From an archaeon (lineage in GTDB: Archaea > Nanobdellota > Nanobdellia > Woesearchaeales > SM23-78): a stretch of DNA of 64,000 bases. The notes below the pieces were generated by a model. It searched no databases, had not been told where the DNA came from, and was given only the letters and a program-made list of their open reading frames with translations. Both the position numbers and the translations under genes were made by a program. The stretch lies in the NCBI GenBank assembly GCA_043801165.1, contig JAZDMG010000007.1, forward strand, positions 70,155 to 134,154. Reading direction: 5' to 3'. Numbering within the stretch: the first letter of the stretch is position 1; every line of letters begins with the position of its first letter. Shown here one piece after another: positions 20,701 through 27,179 of the stretch.

Positions 20701-23700
20701 CCAACATAACAATAGACCGGAATGGGCCCACAATCAACCTTGAAAGGCCATCAAATAACTCATACAACACAGGAAACCAGACATTCTACTTCAATGTAAC
20801 AGACATCGCATCGAACATCAACAACTGCAGCATAATGCTTGACGGATCAATAAATCAGACCACATACAACCCTCAACAGAACATCTCCCTCAATTTCACG
20901 ATAAACGACAACACAGTAGGAAGCCACACATGGAGGATTGACTGCACCGATGGTGTAGGAAACGTGAACAGCAGCGAGACACGGACATTCACAGTGGACT
21001 TGACAGGGCCCGTAACCATCCTCAACAGGCCGCCGGCAGCAGACCCGAAGATGTACGGAATATACATTGTGAATGCCTCGGCGACAGACAGCGGAGTAGG
21101 AAACATCAGCACGGTGGCATTCGAATACAGGGAAAACAGCACCGCGGAATGGATATCAATATGCAACGCGACGCAGGGGCCAGCATATAACTGCAGCCTG
21201 GACACGACAGCGCTGGCCGACGGGACAACATACGAAGTAAGAGCATACGCGACGGATATATTGAACAACACAGGTTCCCCAAGCGTAAGATACTCTGTAA
21301 CCATAGATAACAACGGGCCAGCAATCGACGGCCTAAGCCCAGACCCAGGCTCCATAGACAACGACGGCAACGTGACATTCAGCTACCTAGTGGATGACAT
21401 AGGAAGTGGAGTAGCCAACTGCAGCCTGATGATAAACGGGTCTATCAACCAGACCAGCTTCGCTGTGCCAGAAGGAAGCGAACAATACTTCTACCTATAC
21501 AACCAGAACGACACCACCCTCAACTGGAGCATAAAATGCTGGGACGACTTCACAGCACAACCACACATGGCACAGACAAACCCGAGAACGCTCTACATAC
21601 TCATACTATACGTGCTTAAAAGCAACGTCACAACAGACAAGAAGACCTACGAGACAGGAAACCAGCAGTCAGACAGCATCAACATAACAACCACCACCAT
21701 CGACTACTCAAACCAGAGCATAGAAGCATCAGCAATCACAGACATAATCAAGACATCGGGCGAAAGCAGGAACATCTGGTGGAACACCACCTGGAGATAC
21801 AGGCTGAGGAACACGCTCACAGAGACAAGCAACAAAACAAGGAAAGACCAATGGGTCCACCTGTCATTCATGCTAGACCCTGACTGCAGCAACCTAGCGC
21901 ACAAGAACAGCCTGAGGCTGATACAGGACCCGGGAACGAACGTAGGCTTCAACCAATGGAACATAACCTACTGCACAGACACAAACTACATCAAGAGCCT
22001 GTGGGTGAGCTTCAGGCTGAACCTGACAGCAAACAGCAACACAAACATATACCTATACTACGACAATGCAAGCACAATCACAAAGACATCAAAAGACCAG
22101 GGTCCGATGAGGATGATCTGGGTGAGCGCAGGAGGGACAGGAAACGCACCCCTGCAGAACACAATAAAAACAGACCTTAACAGCGCGCTCTCGGCGCTGG
22201 GATTAGACCCAGGCACCTTCTATGACAACCTGAACACAACCGCGGCAAGCGCTGATTTCACGCTCACCAACATGCAGAATTACTCCATAGTATACTATGA
22301 CAGCGCAGCAAAATACAGCTCAAGCTGGTATACTACAGAAGCCAACGCAATGTTCCAATTCGTAAACCAATCAGGAAACCTATTCCTGACAGGACAGGAG
22401 CTAGGATACCAGGCAAACGCCGATGGATGGCTATACAATGGAGTATTCACAAACCTGACCCACGCAAGCGCAGGATACGTAGACAACGCGAACCCAACAA
22501 CATTCACAGTGGCAGCAAACCACCCGACGACAAAATACCTGGGTATGGGAACAACGGTGAGCGTGGCAGGGGATTACGAAGACGGATACACAACACTGGC
22601 AGGAAGCACCTCGGTCAGAATACTCAACTGGACAGGAAGCGCCACTCCGACAGCAGGAACAGCCAACGACGGGCTGAATGATCCCAGCTGCACAGGATTC
22701 TGCGGAAAGACGGTGTACTACTCAGGCCTGTTCTATATCTCAGCCACACAGGGAATACAGAACGTGACAGCAAGAAGCAGATTACTACAAGGGACAATAG
22801 AATGGTTCCTGAACAACAGCCTTGCAGAATCAAGGGGGCAGCAGGAGCAATGGATAGCAAGGAACACGACCGACACAACAGGAGCGCAAGGGCTATGGTC
22901 ATGGATACACCCTGCCGCAAGCATGAACGGAAGCTACCAGGCAGTGAGCCAAGCATCAAAAACAAAATACAACGACGCGACCAACTGGACTGGATTCAAC
23001 GTGACCATGGACAGGACGCCGCCAAACATCACGCTGAACGGGCCGCAAAATGAAAGCGAAGCCAACAGCTCAGTAACATTCTCATACTACGTTAATGACA
23101 CCCTCAGCACAGTACTGAACTGCACACTATTCATAGACGGCAATAAAGAAGACTCAGACCCGACAATACAGGAAGGGGTCATACAGTACTTCTACCCGAG
23201 AATCCCGACAGGAGGCTGGCATAATTGGAGCGTCAACTGCACAGACTACTACGGAAACATAGGTGCATCAGAGACATGGACAGTGTTCATCAAACCACCA
23301 GACCTCACAGTCACCAGCAGCGGCATAGCATTCAACAACACAACGCCGAGGGAAGGAGACAACATCACGATAATAGCCACTGTGCACAACACAGGAGGAT
23401 CAGACGCAGAGAACGTCAAGATGCAGTTCTACCTAAGAGACCCAGACACCGACGGAGTGCAGATAAACGGAAACTTCACAGCCAACATAACAGACATAAA
23501 TGGGGCACAGCCAAACGCGACATTCAACGTAAGCTGGGTGACAACAGGACCAGGACCGTTCAGCATATACGTTATAGTTGACCCTCCGACAGCCACCAAC
23601 GGAACGATTTTCGAATCAAACGAGACCAACAACAAGGCATACAACACCCTGAACGTGCCAGCATACAACCAATTCTACGGCCTGGTGAAGAACAATGTAT

Positions 23701-24224
23701 ACCTGAGCGACGAAAACAACAACTCGCTCTTCTATTACCTGAACATAACAAACGTCACTGGGAATATCTTCGCCATAGATGGAAGAAGCACGGTAGACTT
23801 CTCGGCGCTGCAATCGATGGGAAGAGATATCAACAACAACACCGCAGCCAATGACTTCAACGATACAGACACAGCACTCAACATGACCAGCTACAATGAT
23901 TCCATCAGAAGGACTTACACCGCAGGCACAGACACTCCCCTGACAACAAAAACATTCACATTTTACACCAAGACAACGCAAAACACTCCAATAATCAACA
24001 GCACCAACACAACCAGCTTTGTCACAGGAATACTATGGGACACAAGCGACGGAGGAACACAATACAACGGAACCCAGGACATCGCATTCATAACAGAGAT
24101 TAGCCAGAACAAGACAGGATCCTACGGCACATACGACTATGAGATAAAGGTACCGGTGAACCTGAAGAACTACGAAGGCCCAGGAAGCAGCGTCGCACTC
24201 TACTGGGAGATAAAAGAGCCATGA
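14727..24224 (+). CDS. Giant secreted/surface glycoprotein 1 (3165 aa)
   Basis: Single uninterrupted 9.5-kb ORF. Hydrophobic signal/anchor at aa 61-80. Very dense N-x-S/T sequons. Contains a jelly-roll-like module, a 38-Cys module, tandem Ig-like modules, a DUF2341-like opening (WWNTTWRYR), CARDB and a family-A-like C-terminal domain. No C-terminal TM or sorting tag (ends ALYWEIKEP). Start uncertain (60-aa leader before the signal). Confidence 0.9.
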   Translation: MANKLFYSYTKYYNIPGISLGIAISDQKRAKSPVSDNPRNHVLLGEGCAKSSAWKQKHPGAALFFYLFTLIAIILQAVLCSAQGQIALDKSQYGVGETVKIKLMNASQDFALNIISDNDVFRYSGELKAEMDFYPTKEGQYTVRLNDPGNNILLDEKTFSVSYDYTISKPALLYTDKKEYLLDEAVQIFVNTSSGGESAAEQELRIVSDKESLKYLGAIDSPISFLPRYAGAYQLKLINRFVPVATAEFLVLNQSINEAAAEIPEQPETQATDNRSFEKNQTETGMVGIGVLDQQSTAQKQQDVGLGAIVIDDQLLLAEDQELELQAPRGLNITLPFRLELRARRGATANEDIRNSISILRAEGTRYDVEYLPRKANIKSIVFNNLKLDSDRSFDFDEVTLKKEESKKELRDKKIVKSFFIDTAQLNYTNGTITAIALGKELWKCKEWNSTREICLGNWTKVQDLTPGKEYEIIITPEDPAYAETGVASINTKKPIYHPNETAEMIMVVLNTKGRLVSNAQVTLSITAPDSTTTTLTTASQGIKESSRGIYEAAYSKTGLEGEYSMFVTATGWNVNYSMQSSFEVREFYEFDIIRDTPVTIDPWQGPFQSRIQLMPYINVTSYDFTEILPSEFVVTDSGGAQQRTINNQTFLTWTNLSSVETVGYEANAPLITPNLYALGRSFITYFAQGTNMLFTEARNWFLAIDPLQNLFFDDFESWGCRTTGAPIAGNNCLYSANWGQFTNCNTPSTARFCTSDDGKEGNHTANSYAIQMTNWVMDSSAGLWFTLDPSIYDDINVNGYIYGASLDNVREYCAIWARDSNSIAPIYNCTNTICTGTDTTPQTDLYIYFNINLSSLSGINLSESNISVHIGGAHSNTADYCFFDRINITGIAYPPNITNLTNPPNNTVTNLTTIQFNFTVNATKDLVLPNCTLWTDMNGSWMENSTIYNVSRNSITNITLADLPDGTFKWNVICYTRTGLYDWYDSNYTLTIDARPPIKTITSIDKDTSEPWNTTNRNPVINITLNKNGTCRLSTTDSNFTSIPSYYNCTGAKTANISCTYTGTQLNIGTNYLYVICNDTSGHNDNTTSNLDITFEVLCDAHSDCDSTSYCDYTQYCHSDELAGYPCNTQAHTGLAWNDVCGNGINRYCVNDSSYSYTGWYCTGSATDCVYNDQGKSYALGETLCISGVNDYRNCSNSNLWSSQVDCAEQFDAHNQSATYHPGLYCGYYGTDQSCVNGTSGGCSGASTACNPYIYNQTITACGSTLEECDWGCGAGCDAGNSTAPGIASGTCYYNKNCNINCLWSQSSEGAPSFCINDNDGGSCAYSNRTDPTTSDTCYWNASCQNTVGATLNNNSILMADYCDYCNQYGNQTGQYSPAPNTSCSSNCANSGTIYYDSGGTPADRSNDCSNGITIMLGDTLTLGDIWNGSAPAQCDAAECNLDCGTMIGTCSAGICNCTDQDNPQLILIWPDNLTWTNNASVQFRYNVTDISSQIKNCSLIINNVVNRTNTSINKSVAEQRFIANMTNGTSNWSIRCYDNSSSFNLNQSETRILGIDTTIPPLLNPRINGTNFTINKNICLNITANDTYSGIKDIIATIIPPGQPAENITLYDNATTSCDGANGNGVYSAVYALIFSGTYNWSSAYAIDDANNQNLTYPNLRWNVTTGGIVNVSMNYPTANIKINESEYNYFYVQNCTAACSNSGSSNCTDVTVSIEYYLAGSYETINTTTTDLISNKTSYSCGNVTRGSNCTTTFNVTAGPGNKSWPVRCRADGVNSATAFSISRNVTINDHPTAGILYPISSQWLKGITYINASISFDSDGLIINYTFSYDNNTAFSSPSMICNGTSNNCTWNTTAQNQCQNNSMSCYLRVTVTDNDRLTNSTYIIVGFDTQGPTTIIGNPQNFTNITTSQYTVNATVTDNEIGTINLVIFEYRENSTASWKQACNDSDRTAPYECSWNTTSLLDGKTYEVRAYSTDGLNNTGAADTRTNITIDRNGPTINLERPSNNSYNTGNQTFYFNVTDIASNINNCSIMLDGSINQTTYNPQQNISLNFTINDNTVGSHTWRIDCTDGVGNVNSSETRTFTVDLTGPVTILNRPPAADPKMYGIYIVNASATDSGVGNISTVAFEYRENSTAEWISICNATQGPAYNCSLDTTALADGTTYEVRAYATDILNNTGSPSVRYSVTIDNNGPAIDGLSPDPGSIDNDGNVTFSYLVDDIGSGVANCSLMINGSINQTSFAVPEGSEQYFYLYNQNDTTLNWSIKCWDDFTAQPHMAQTNPRTLYILILYVLKSNVTTDKKTYETGNQQSDSINITTTTIDYSNQSIEASAITDIIKTSGESRNIWWNTTWRYRLRNTLTETSNKTRKDQWVHLSFMLDPDCSNLAHKNSLRLIQDPGTNVGFNQWNITYCTDTNYIKSLWVSFRLNLTANSNTNIYLYYDNASTITKTSKDQGPMRMIWVSAGGTGNAPLQNTIKTDLNSALSALGLDPGTFYDNLNTTAASADFTLTNMQNYSIVYYDSAAKYSSSWYTTEANAMFQFVNQSGNLFLTGQELGYQANADGWLYNGVFTNLTHASAGYVDNANPTTFTVAANHPTTKYLGMGTTVSVAGDYEDGYTTLAGSTSVRILNWTGSATPTAGTANDGLNDPSCTGFCGKTVYYSGLFYISATQGIQNVTARSRLLQGTIEWFLNNSLAESRGQQEQWIARNTTDTTGAQGLWSWIHPAASMNGSYQAVSQASKTKYNDATNWTGFNVTMDRTPPNITLNGPQNESEANSSVTFSYYVNDTLSTVLNCTLFIDGNKEDSDPTIQEGVIQYFYPRIPTGGWHNWSVNCTDYYGNIGASETWTVFIKPPDLTVTSSGIAFNNTTPREGDNITIIATVHNTGGSDAENVKMQFYLRDPDTDGVQINGNFTANITDINGAQPNATFNVSWVTTGPGPFSIYVIVDPPTATNGTIFESNETNNKAYNTLNVPAYNQFYGLVKNNVYLSDENNNSLFYYLNITNVTGNIFAIDGRSTVDFSALQSMGRDINNNTAANDFNDTDTALNMTSYNDSIRRTYTAGTDTPLTTKTFTFYTKTTQNTPIINSTNTTSFVTGILWDTSDGGTQYNGTQDIAFITEISQNKTGSYGTYDYEIKVPVNLKNYEGPGSSVALYWEIKEP
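16826..17410 (+). other. Giant 1: conserved jelly-roll-like (ConA/MAM-like) module
   Basis: Opens FLAIDPLQNLFFDDFESWG and closes ADYCFFDRINITGIAYPP. The FDDFE...W ... F(F/Y)(D/E)xI pattern resembles lectin/MAM-type beta-sandwiches (inference from the pattern only). Near-identical at nucleotide level to 44931-45512. Confidence 0.5.
18024..19103 (+). other. Giant 1: Cys-rich module (38 Cys in ~360 aa by my count)
   Basis: Runs from CDAHSDCDSTSYCDYTQYCHSDE to CGTMIGTCSAGICNC. The Cys pattern is conserved in giant 2 at 46126-47211. Confidence 0.8.
19121..21600 (+). repeat. Giant 1: tandem array of two alternating Ig-like module types (approximate bounds)
   Basis: Type 1: ...F.(Y/F)NV.D..S.I.NCS(L/I)...G..NQT ... 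W.I.C.D..GN.N.SE.R. Type 2: ...V.A(T/S).TD...G.I..V.FEYREN(S)T..W..(A/I)CN....P(Y)(E/N)C.W(N/D)T..L.DG.TYEVRAY(S/A)TD..NNTG. Confidence 0.7.
21777..22080 (+). other. Giant 1: DUF2341-like segment
   Basis: Opens WWNTTWRYRLRNTL and ends IYLYYDNAS. The W-x-N/D-x-x-W-x-Y/Q-R opening and the ...YYxN ending are my recollection of DUF2341. Not verified by search. Confidence 0.45.
23295..23657 (+). other. Giant 1: CARDB domain
   Basis: PPDLTVTSSGIAFNNTTPREGDNITIIATVHNTGGSDAENVKMQFY...IYVIVDPP...IFESNETNNKAYNTLNV is the canonical CARDB pattern (PDL...G....I...V.N.G...A..V.V ... D....V.E.NE.NN). Confidence 0.8.
23664..24221 (+). other. Giant 1: C-terminal family-A-like domain (186 aa)
   Basis: YNQFYGLVKNNVYLSDENNNSLFYYLNITNVTGNIFAIDGRSTVDFSAL aligns with A3 WKAYVGNVSGSFVLQNVNNRSIYEWPSVSVASGKLFISRNASVNFSGV. 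The C-terminal YDYEIKVP...ALYWEIKEP aligns with YDFQAIIAE...YYFYVELD. It is more divergent than the free copies, and the two family Cys are absent. Confidence 0.6.
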
Positions 24225-24300
24225 TGAGGGGCATGATAGAACACACGATAAAACATAAAGTTTAAATATCAAATCAGGACTAAAAAGATAAAAAGGAGAG

Positions 24301-25302
24301 GTGGGTGACATTCTAGGCAAAGCGAAAGATAAGTTCAGAGAATTCTTTCATCAGAGCAAGAAACTAGTCCAACCGCCAAAAGAACTGCCAAGCATAATCA
24401 CACAGAACCCGGCAAAACCGCCAGCAAACAAGGTATTGAGCCCTCCAGAACCGCCAAAAGAACAGATGATGATAAGGACAGACCTTCCCCAACAGCAGAG
24501 CCAATCCAAAAACCTCAATCTCCCGAAGATAGTGCTGCCAAGAGCTCTCGAAACCATACATGAGCAGAAGAAACAGCTGACCAGCTTCCACGATGATGAC
24601 CTGCGCCAGTTCGAAGACGCCATAAGCAACATAAAGATAGACGTAATAAACAATGAGACCCCTGCCTCACTCAGAGAGAACAGGAGCGAAGCAGAGGCTT
24701 TATACAGGCCGAAAGAGCTTGGGGAAGGATACTTCGCAGAGATACAACACTACCTCAAGAACAAGGACGTAAAGGAAATCATAGATGACATACTCACCAA
24801 GGACTTCTTGACCAACATGAAGGACTACCATGACACAAAAGCCCAAGGAAAACCATTCTATCTGCACGGACAGGACCTGAAGCAGAAGCTGGAAGAGAAG
24901 ATGACCAGGCTAAGGGAGCTTGAAGAGGACTGGCACGAACTAAAAGCCAAAGCAGAGGAGAAAGAACAAAGAAAACACCTCATAGAAAAGCAGATAGACG
25001 AAGAAAGCCAGGACCTAAAGAACCTATTCAAGCAGATAAAGGTAAACCAATGGATGGAAAAAGAAGCCCAGAAAGAGCACTATTTCAAGCTCAGGAACAA
25101 TCAGGAGCTCAAAAGCCTCAATGACCTAAGAAAAGCCCTGACCTACATGGCTGACGAAGAGTTCAACCACCATGTCAGCCCGGGAAGAAATGACTTTGCG
25201 AACTGGACAAAAGAGGCCCTGCAAAATCAGGAGATAGGCGAAAAGATAGGAACCGCAAAGACAAAGGAAGAGCTCCAGGAAATACTCAAGAAACCTTTCT
25301 AG
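24301..25302 (+). CDS. Hypothetical Pro-rich / coiled-coil protein
   Basis: GTG start preceded by AAAGGAGAG and by TTTAAATA at ~24260. Pro-rich N-terminus (PPKELPSIITQNPAKPPANKVLSPPEPP), a charged coiled coil, and a C-terminal F.L.N..EL.SL.DL..AL..M.DEEF.HHV...RNDFANW motif. I have seen similar motifs in other archaeal proteins but cannot name the family with confidence. Confidence 0.6.
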   Translation: MGDILGKAKDKFREFFHQSKKLVQPPKELPSIITQNPAKPPANKVLSPPEPPKEQMMIRTDLPQQQSQSKNLNLPKIVLPRALETIHEQKKQLTSFHDDDLRQFEDAISNIKIDVINNETPASLRENRSEAEALYRPKELGEGYFAEIQHYLKNKDVKEIIDDILTKDFLTNMKDYHDTKAQGKPFYLHGQDLKQKLEEKMTRLRELEEDWHELKAKAEEKEQRKHLIEKQIDEESQDLKNLFKQIKVNQWMEKEAQKEHYFKLRNNQELKSLNDLRKALTYMADEEFNHHVSPGRNDFANWTKEALQNQEIGEKIGTAKTKEELQEILKKPF

Positions 25303-25344
25303 AAAAAAAACGTAAAAAACAATCAAAAATAGCTTAAACCTTGC

Positions 25345-26109
25345 TTAGCCAGAGATTTCAGCGTAAAAGTAATAGGTATTACCAATACTTGCGCTCCTGT
25401 TCTCACCGACAATGAACTGGAAATCATACTCCTTTGTGATCGAAGCATTGTTATCAAAACCCATTGAGTTCTGATCAATGAAAGTCCCATAGACCAGGTT
25501 TGTGGTGTCTGTAAGCAGTATCTCCTGGAATGCGGCAGTATCCATACTTCCCTGCATAGAGCCGTTCACATAAGTGGCTGTGCTAGGGCAAGTGTTCGCG
25601 TTAACAGGAGAAATGCCGCCTGTAAAAGACATTGCCCTATGCCTAGTGAAATTGAAGGTGTTGTTCAGGTTATCAGCAGAAGAACCGCCCATGCTGAGCA
25701 CAAGCTGCTCATCCCAGATTATCGAGCTATTGGCGCATCTGATAAGGGTCCAATTGACACTACCATTCCTTGAAACGAAGATATAACCTGCAAGAGCAGA
25801 AGAGTTGATGTTCCACTCGTAGATGCTTATGCCGTTGACATTCCTCAAGACCATCTTACCAGTGATGTTTCCGACATAAGCCTTCCAGCTCTGGTCCTGG
25901 GAAACGACGTCAAGGGATAGAGTATTTATGGTCCCGCCAAGGTCAGCTCGACTTCCGGCATCAGTAGTAGGGCCGCTGTCAGAAGCTATAAAGCTAGGGA
26001 TTAAACCTGTCGGCACTGCCTTACTCAACCCGACCAGGGCGAAGTAAAGGGAGCAGCTCAAAACAGCAAGGAAAAAGACCAGCTTAGCCCTTTTACTAAC
26101 ATTAGTCAC
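25345..26109 (-). CDS. Secreted protein, paralog family A (A1)
   Basis: GTG start 7 nt after GAGGTG. Sec-type signal peptide. Family motifs WKAYVGNITG, IYEW, CANSS, NTF, FQEILLTD and YDFQFIVGE, with C-terminal YYFYAEISG. Confidence 0.85.
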   Translation of the reverse strand: MTNVSKRAKLVFFLAVLSCSLYFALVGLSKAVPTGLIPSFIASDSGPTTDAGSRADLGGTINTLSLDVVSQDQSWKAYVGNITGKMVLRNVNGISIYEWNINSSALAGYIFVSRNGSVNWTLIRCANSSIIWDEQLVLSMGGSSADNLNNTFNFTRHRAMSFTGGISPVNANTCPSTATYVNGSMQGSMDTAAFQEILLTDTTNLVYGTFIDQNSMGFDNNASITKEYDFQFIVGENRSASIGNTYYFYAEISG

Positions 26110-26165
26110 TAAAATTCACCTCAAATCATGAGTATCATGGTATTTGATTCTATTCTAACCTTGGT

Positions 26166-26214
26166 AAAAAAATAAAAAAAATAAAAAAATATGAAGCAGG
26201 GTTTGAAAACCCTG
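26166..26214 (-). terminator. Hairpin plus oligo-T terminator after A2
   Basis: CAGGGTTT..AAACCCTG (26197-26214). On the minus strand it is followed by a T-run (the reverse complement of AAAAAAATAAAAAAAATAAAAAAA, 26166-26189). Same design as the terminator after A4. Confidence 0.6.
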
Positions 26215-26226
26215 ACTGTGGCTTCC

Positions 26227-27024
26227 TTACTCTATCTCAGCCCAAAAGTAATATGTTGTGGGGGTGTCTTCGTAGCCGTTGTGGCCGTTCTCTGCCACCA
26301 ACATCTGAAAGTCGTGCTCCCTGTTGTCAAAGCCGAACATGTCAGTGTTGTTGTTGAACGCATTGTTCTCGATCATGGCAGTGTAAACAAGCTTGTCACC
26401 ATCTGTCAAGAGCACGTTCTCGAAGTCATCATCATTCTGCATCATGTCGTATCGGTATGTGTTGGTTGCGTGGCAGTCTGCAACATTGGTTGAAACTTCG
26501 GTTATGTTTCTTGAGCCGACGAAAAAGTTGCGATCAAGGGTGTAGTTGAAGGTCTCCCATATACCATCGGAAGCGTCATCTCCTATTCCGTACCAATCCT
26601 CAACATCCTGCTCGTCAAATGTCTGGCCTGATGCGCCTATTGAATAGTTAAAGCATCTTATGGTGGCCCAACTGATGGTGTCGTTTAATGATGCATAAAT
26701 CTCTCCCTTTGGCTCCTGGGTGGTCCAGTTGTAGAAGACATAACCATAGGAATCTTCCAATGTGATTATACCCGAGATGTTACCATAATAACCCTGCCAA
26801 GCTTGGGTGGTTGCGATTGTAATCAGGCTCAGTTCAGTAACGTTACCCGCCTCAGCCGTTATGTTTGGAACGGGATAGCTAGATACATTTGGCCTTGACG
26901 ACTGGATGTATGTTATTGAACGTACACCGTAAGGCACATCCGAATCAGCCAGGACGAAGGACGCTGCTGCCAAAACACACACTAAACCTATTATAAAACT
27001 AGTTTTATTTATTCTCTTTTCCAT
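26227..27024 (-). CDS. Secreted protein, paralog family A (A2)
   Basis: Signal peptide (FIIGLVCVLAAASFVLA). Motifs WQGYYGNISG, FYNW, ETF, FENVLLTD and HDFQMLVAE, with C-terminal YYFWAEIE. Has its own BRE/TATA at 27117-27131. Confidence 0.85.
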   Translation of the reverse strand: MEKRINKTSFIIGLVCVLAAASFVLADSDVPYGVRSITYIQSSRPNVSSYPVPNITAEAGNVTELSLITIATTQAWQGYYGNISGIITLEDSYGYVFYNWTTQEPKGEIYASLNDTISWATIRCFNYSIGASGQTFDEQDVEDWYGIGDDASDGIWETFNYTLDRNFFVGSRNITEVSTNVADCHATNTYRYDMMQNDDDFENVLLTDGDKLVYTAMIENNAFNNNTDMFGFDNREHDFQMLVAENGHNGYEDTPTTYYFWAEIE

Positions 27025-27091
27025 GATATCACCGTTGCAAGTTTATTCGCGATTAGTAGTTTCCCTGCCAAAGCCAGGTAAATACTACCCG

Positions 27092-27105
27092 ATTAGTATA
27101 CTAAT
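27092..27105. promoter_or_regulatory. Perfect 14-bp palindrome ATTAGTATACTAAT just downstream of the A2 TATA box
   Basis: ATTAGTATACTAAT equals its own reverse complement. It lies 12 nt from the TATA on the gene-proximal side. CGATTAGTA also occurs at 27050-27058 and 27090-27098. Confidence 0.5.
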
Positions 27106-27116
27106 AGATATACTCA

Positions 27117-27131
27117 TATATAAATGTTTCG
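27117..27131 (-). promoter_or_regulatory. BRE/TATA promoter for A2 (26227..27024)
   Basis: The minus strand reads CGAAACA-TTTATATA, matching the archaeal BRE (purine-rich) plus TATA consensus TTTAWATA. ~90 nt upstream of the ATG. Confidence 0.6.
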
Positions 27132-27179
27132 ATTCATCTAGCCTGCCGAATAACTAAAAAAAAGCCTAGAATAGCCTAA

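Noticed and set aside
16880-23581. Many 60-165-aa ORFs in other frames or on the antisense strand inside giant 1 (e.g. 16880..17314, 17528..17965, 19007..19345, 19466..19903, 20873..21370, 23225..23581), often R/H/Q/K-rich.
   Set aside because: They lie entirely within a 9.5-kb ORF that has clear domain content. Their odd composition is what an A/C-rich, T-poor coding strand gives in the wrong frames. None has promoter or SD support.
26166-26189. A-rich interrupted repeats (also at 28932..28949) as a possible CRISPR-like or satellite array.
   Set aside because: There are only two or three short A-runs per site, with no spacers. Their position immediately after stop codons and hairpins fits oligo-T terminators on the transcribed strand.
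27056-27090. Imperfect hairpin TAGTAGTTTCCCTGCC-AAA-GCCAGGTAAATACTA in the A2 5-prime UTR as a possible riboswitch or sRNA.
   Set aside because: The stem needs an indel and mismatches, and I found no second copy elsewhere in the window. I noted it only as context for the CGATTAGTA repeats.
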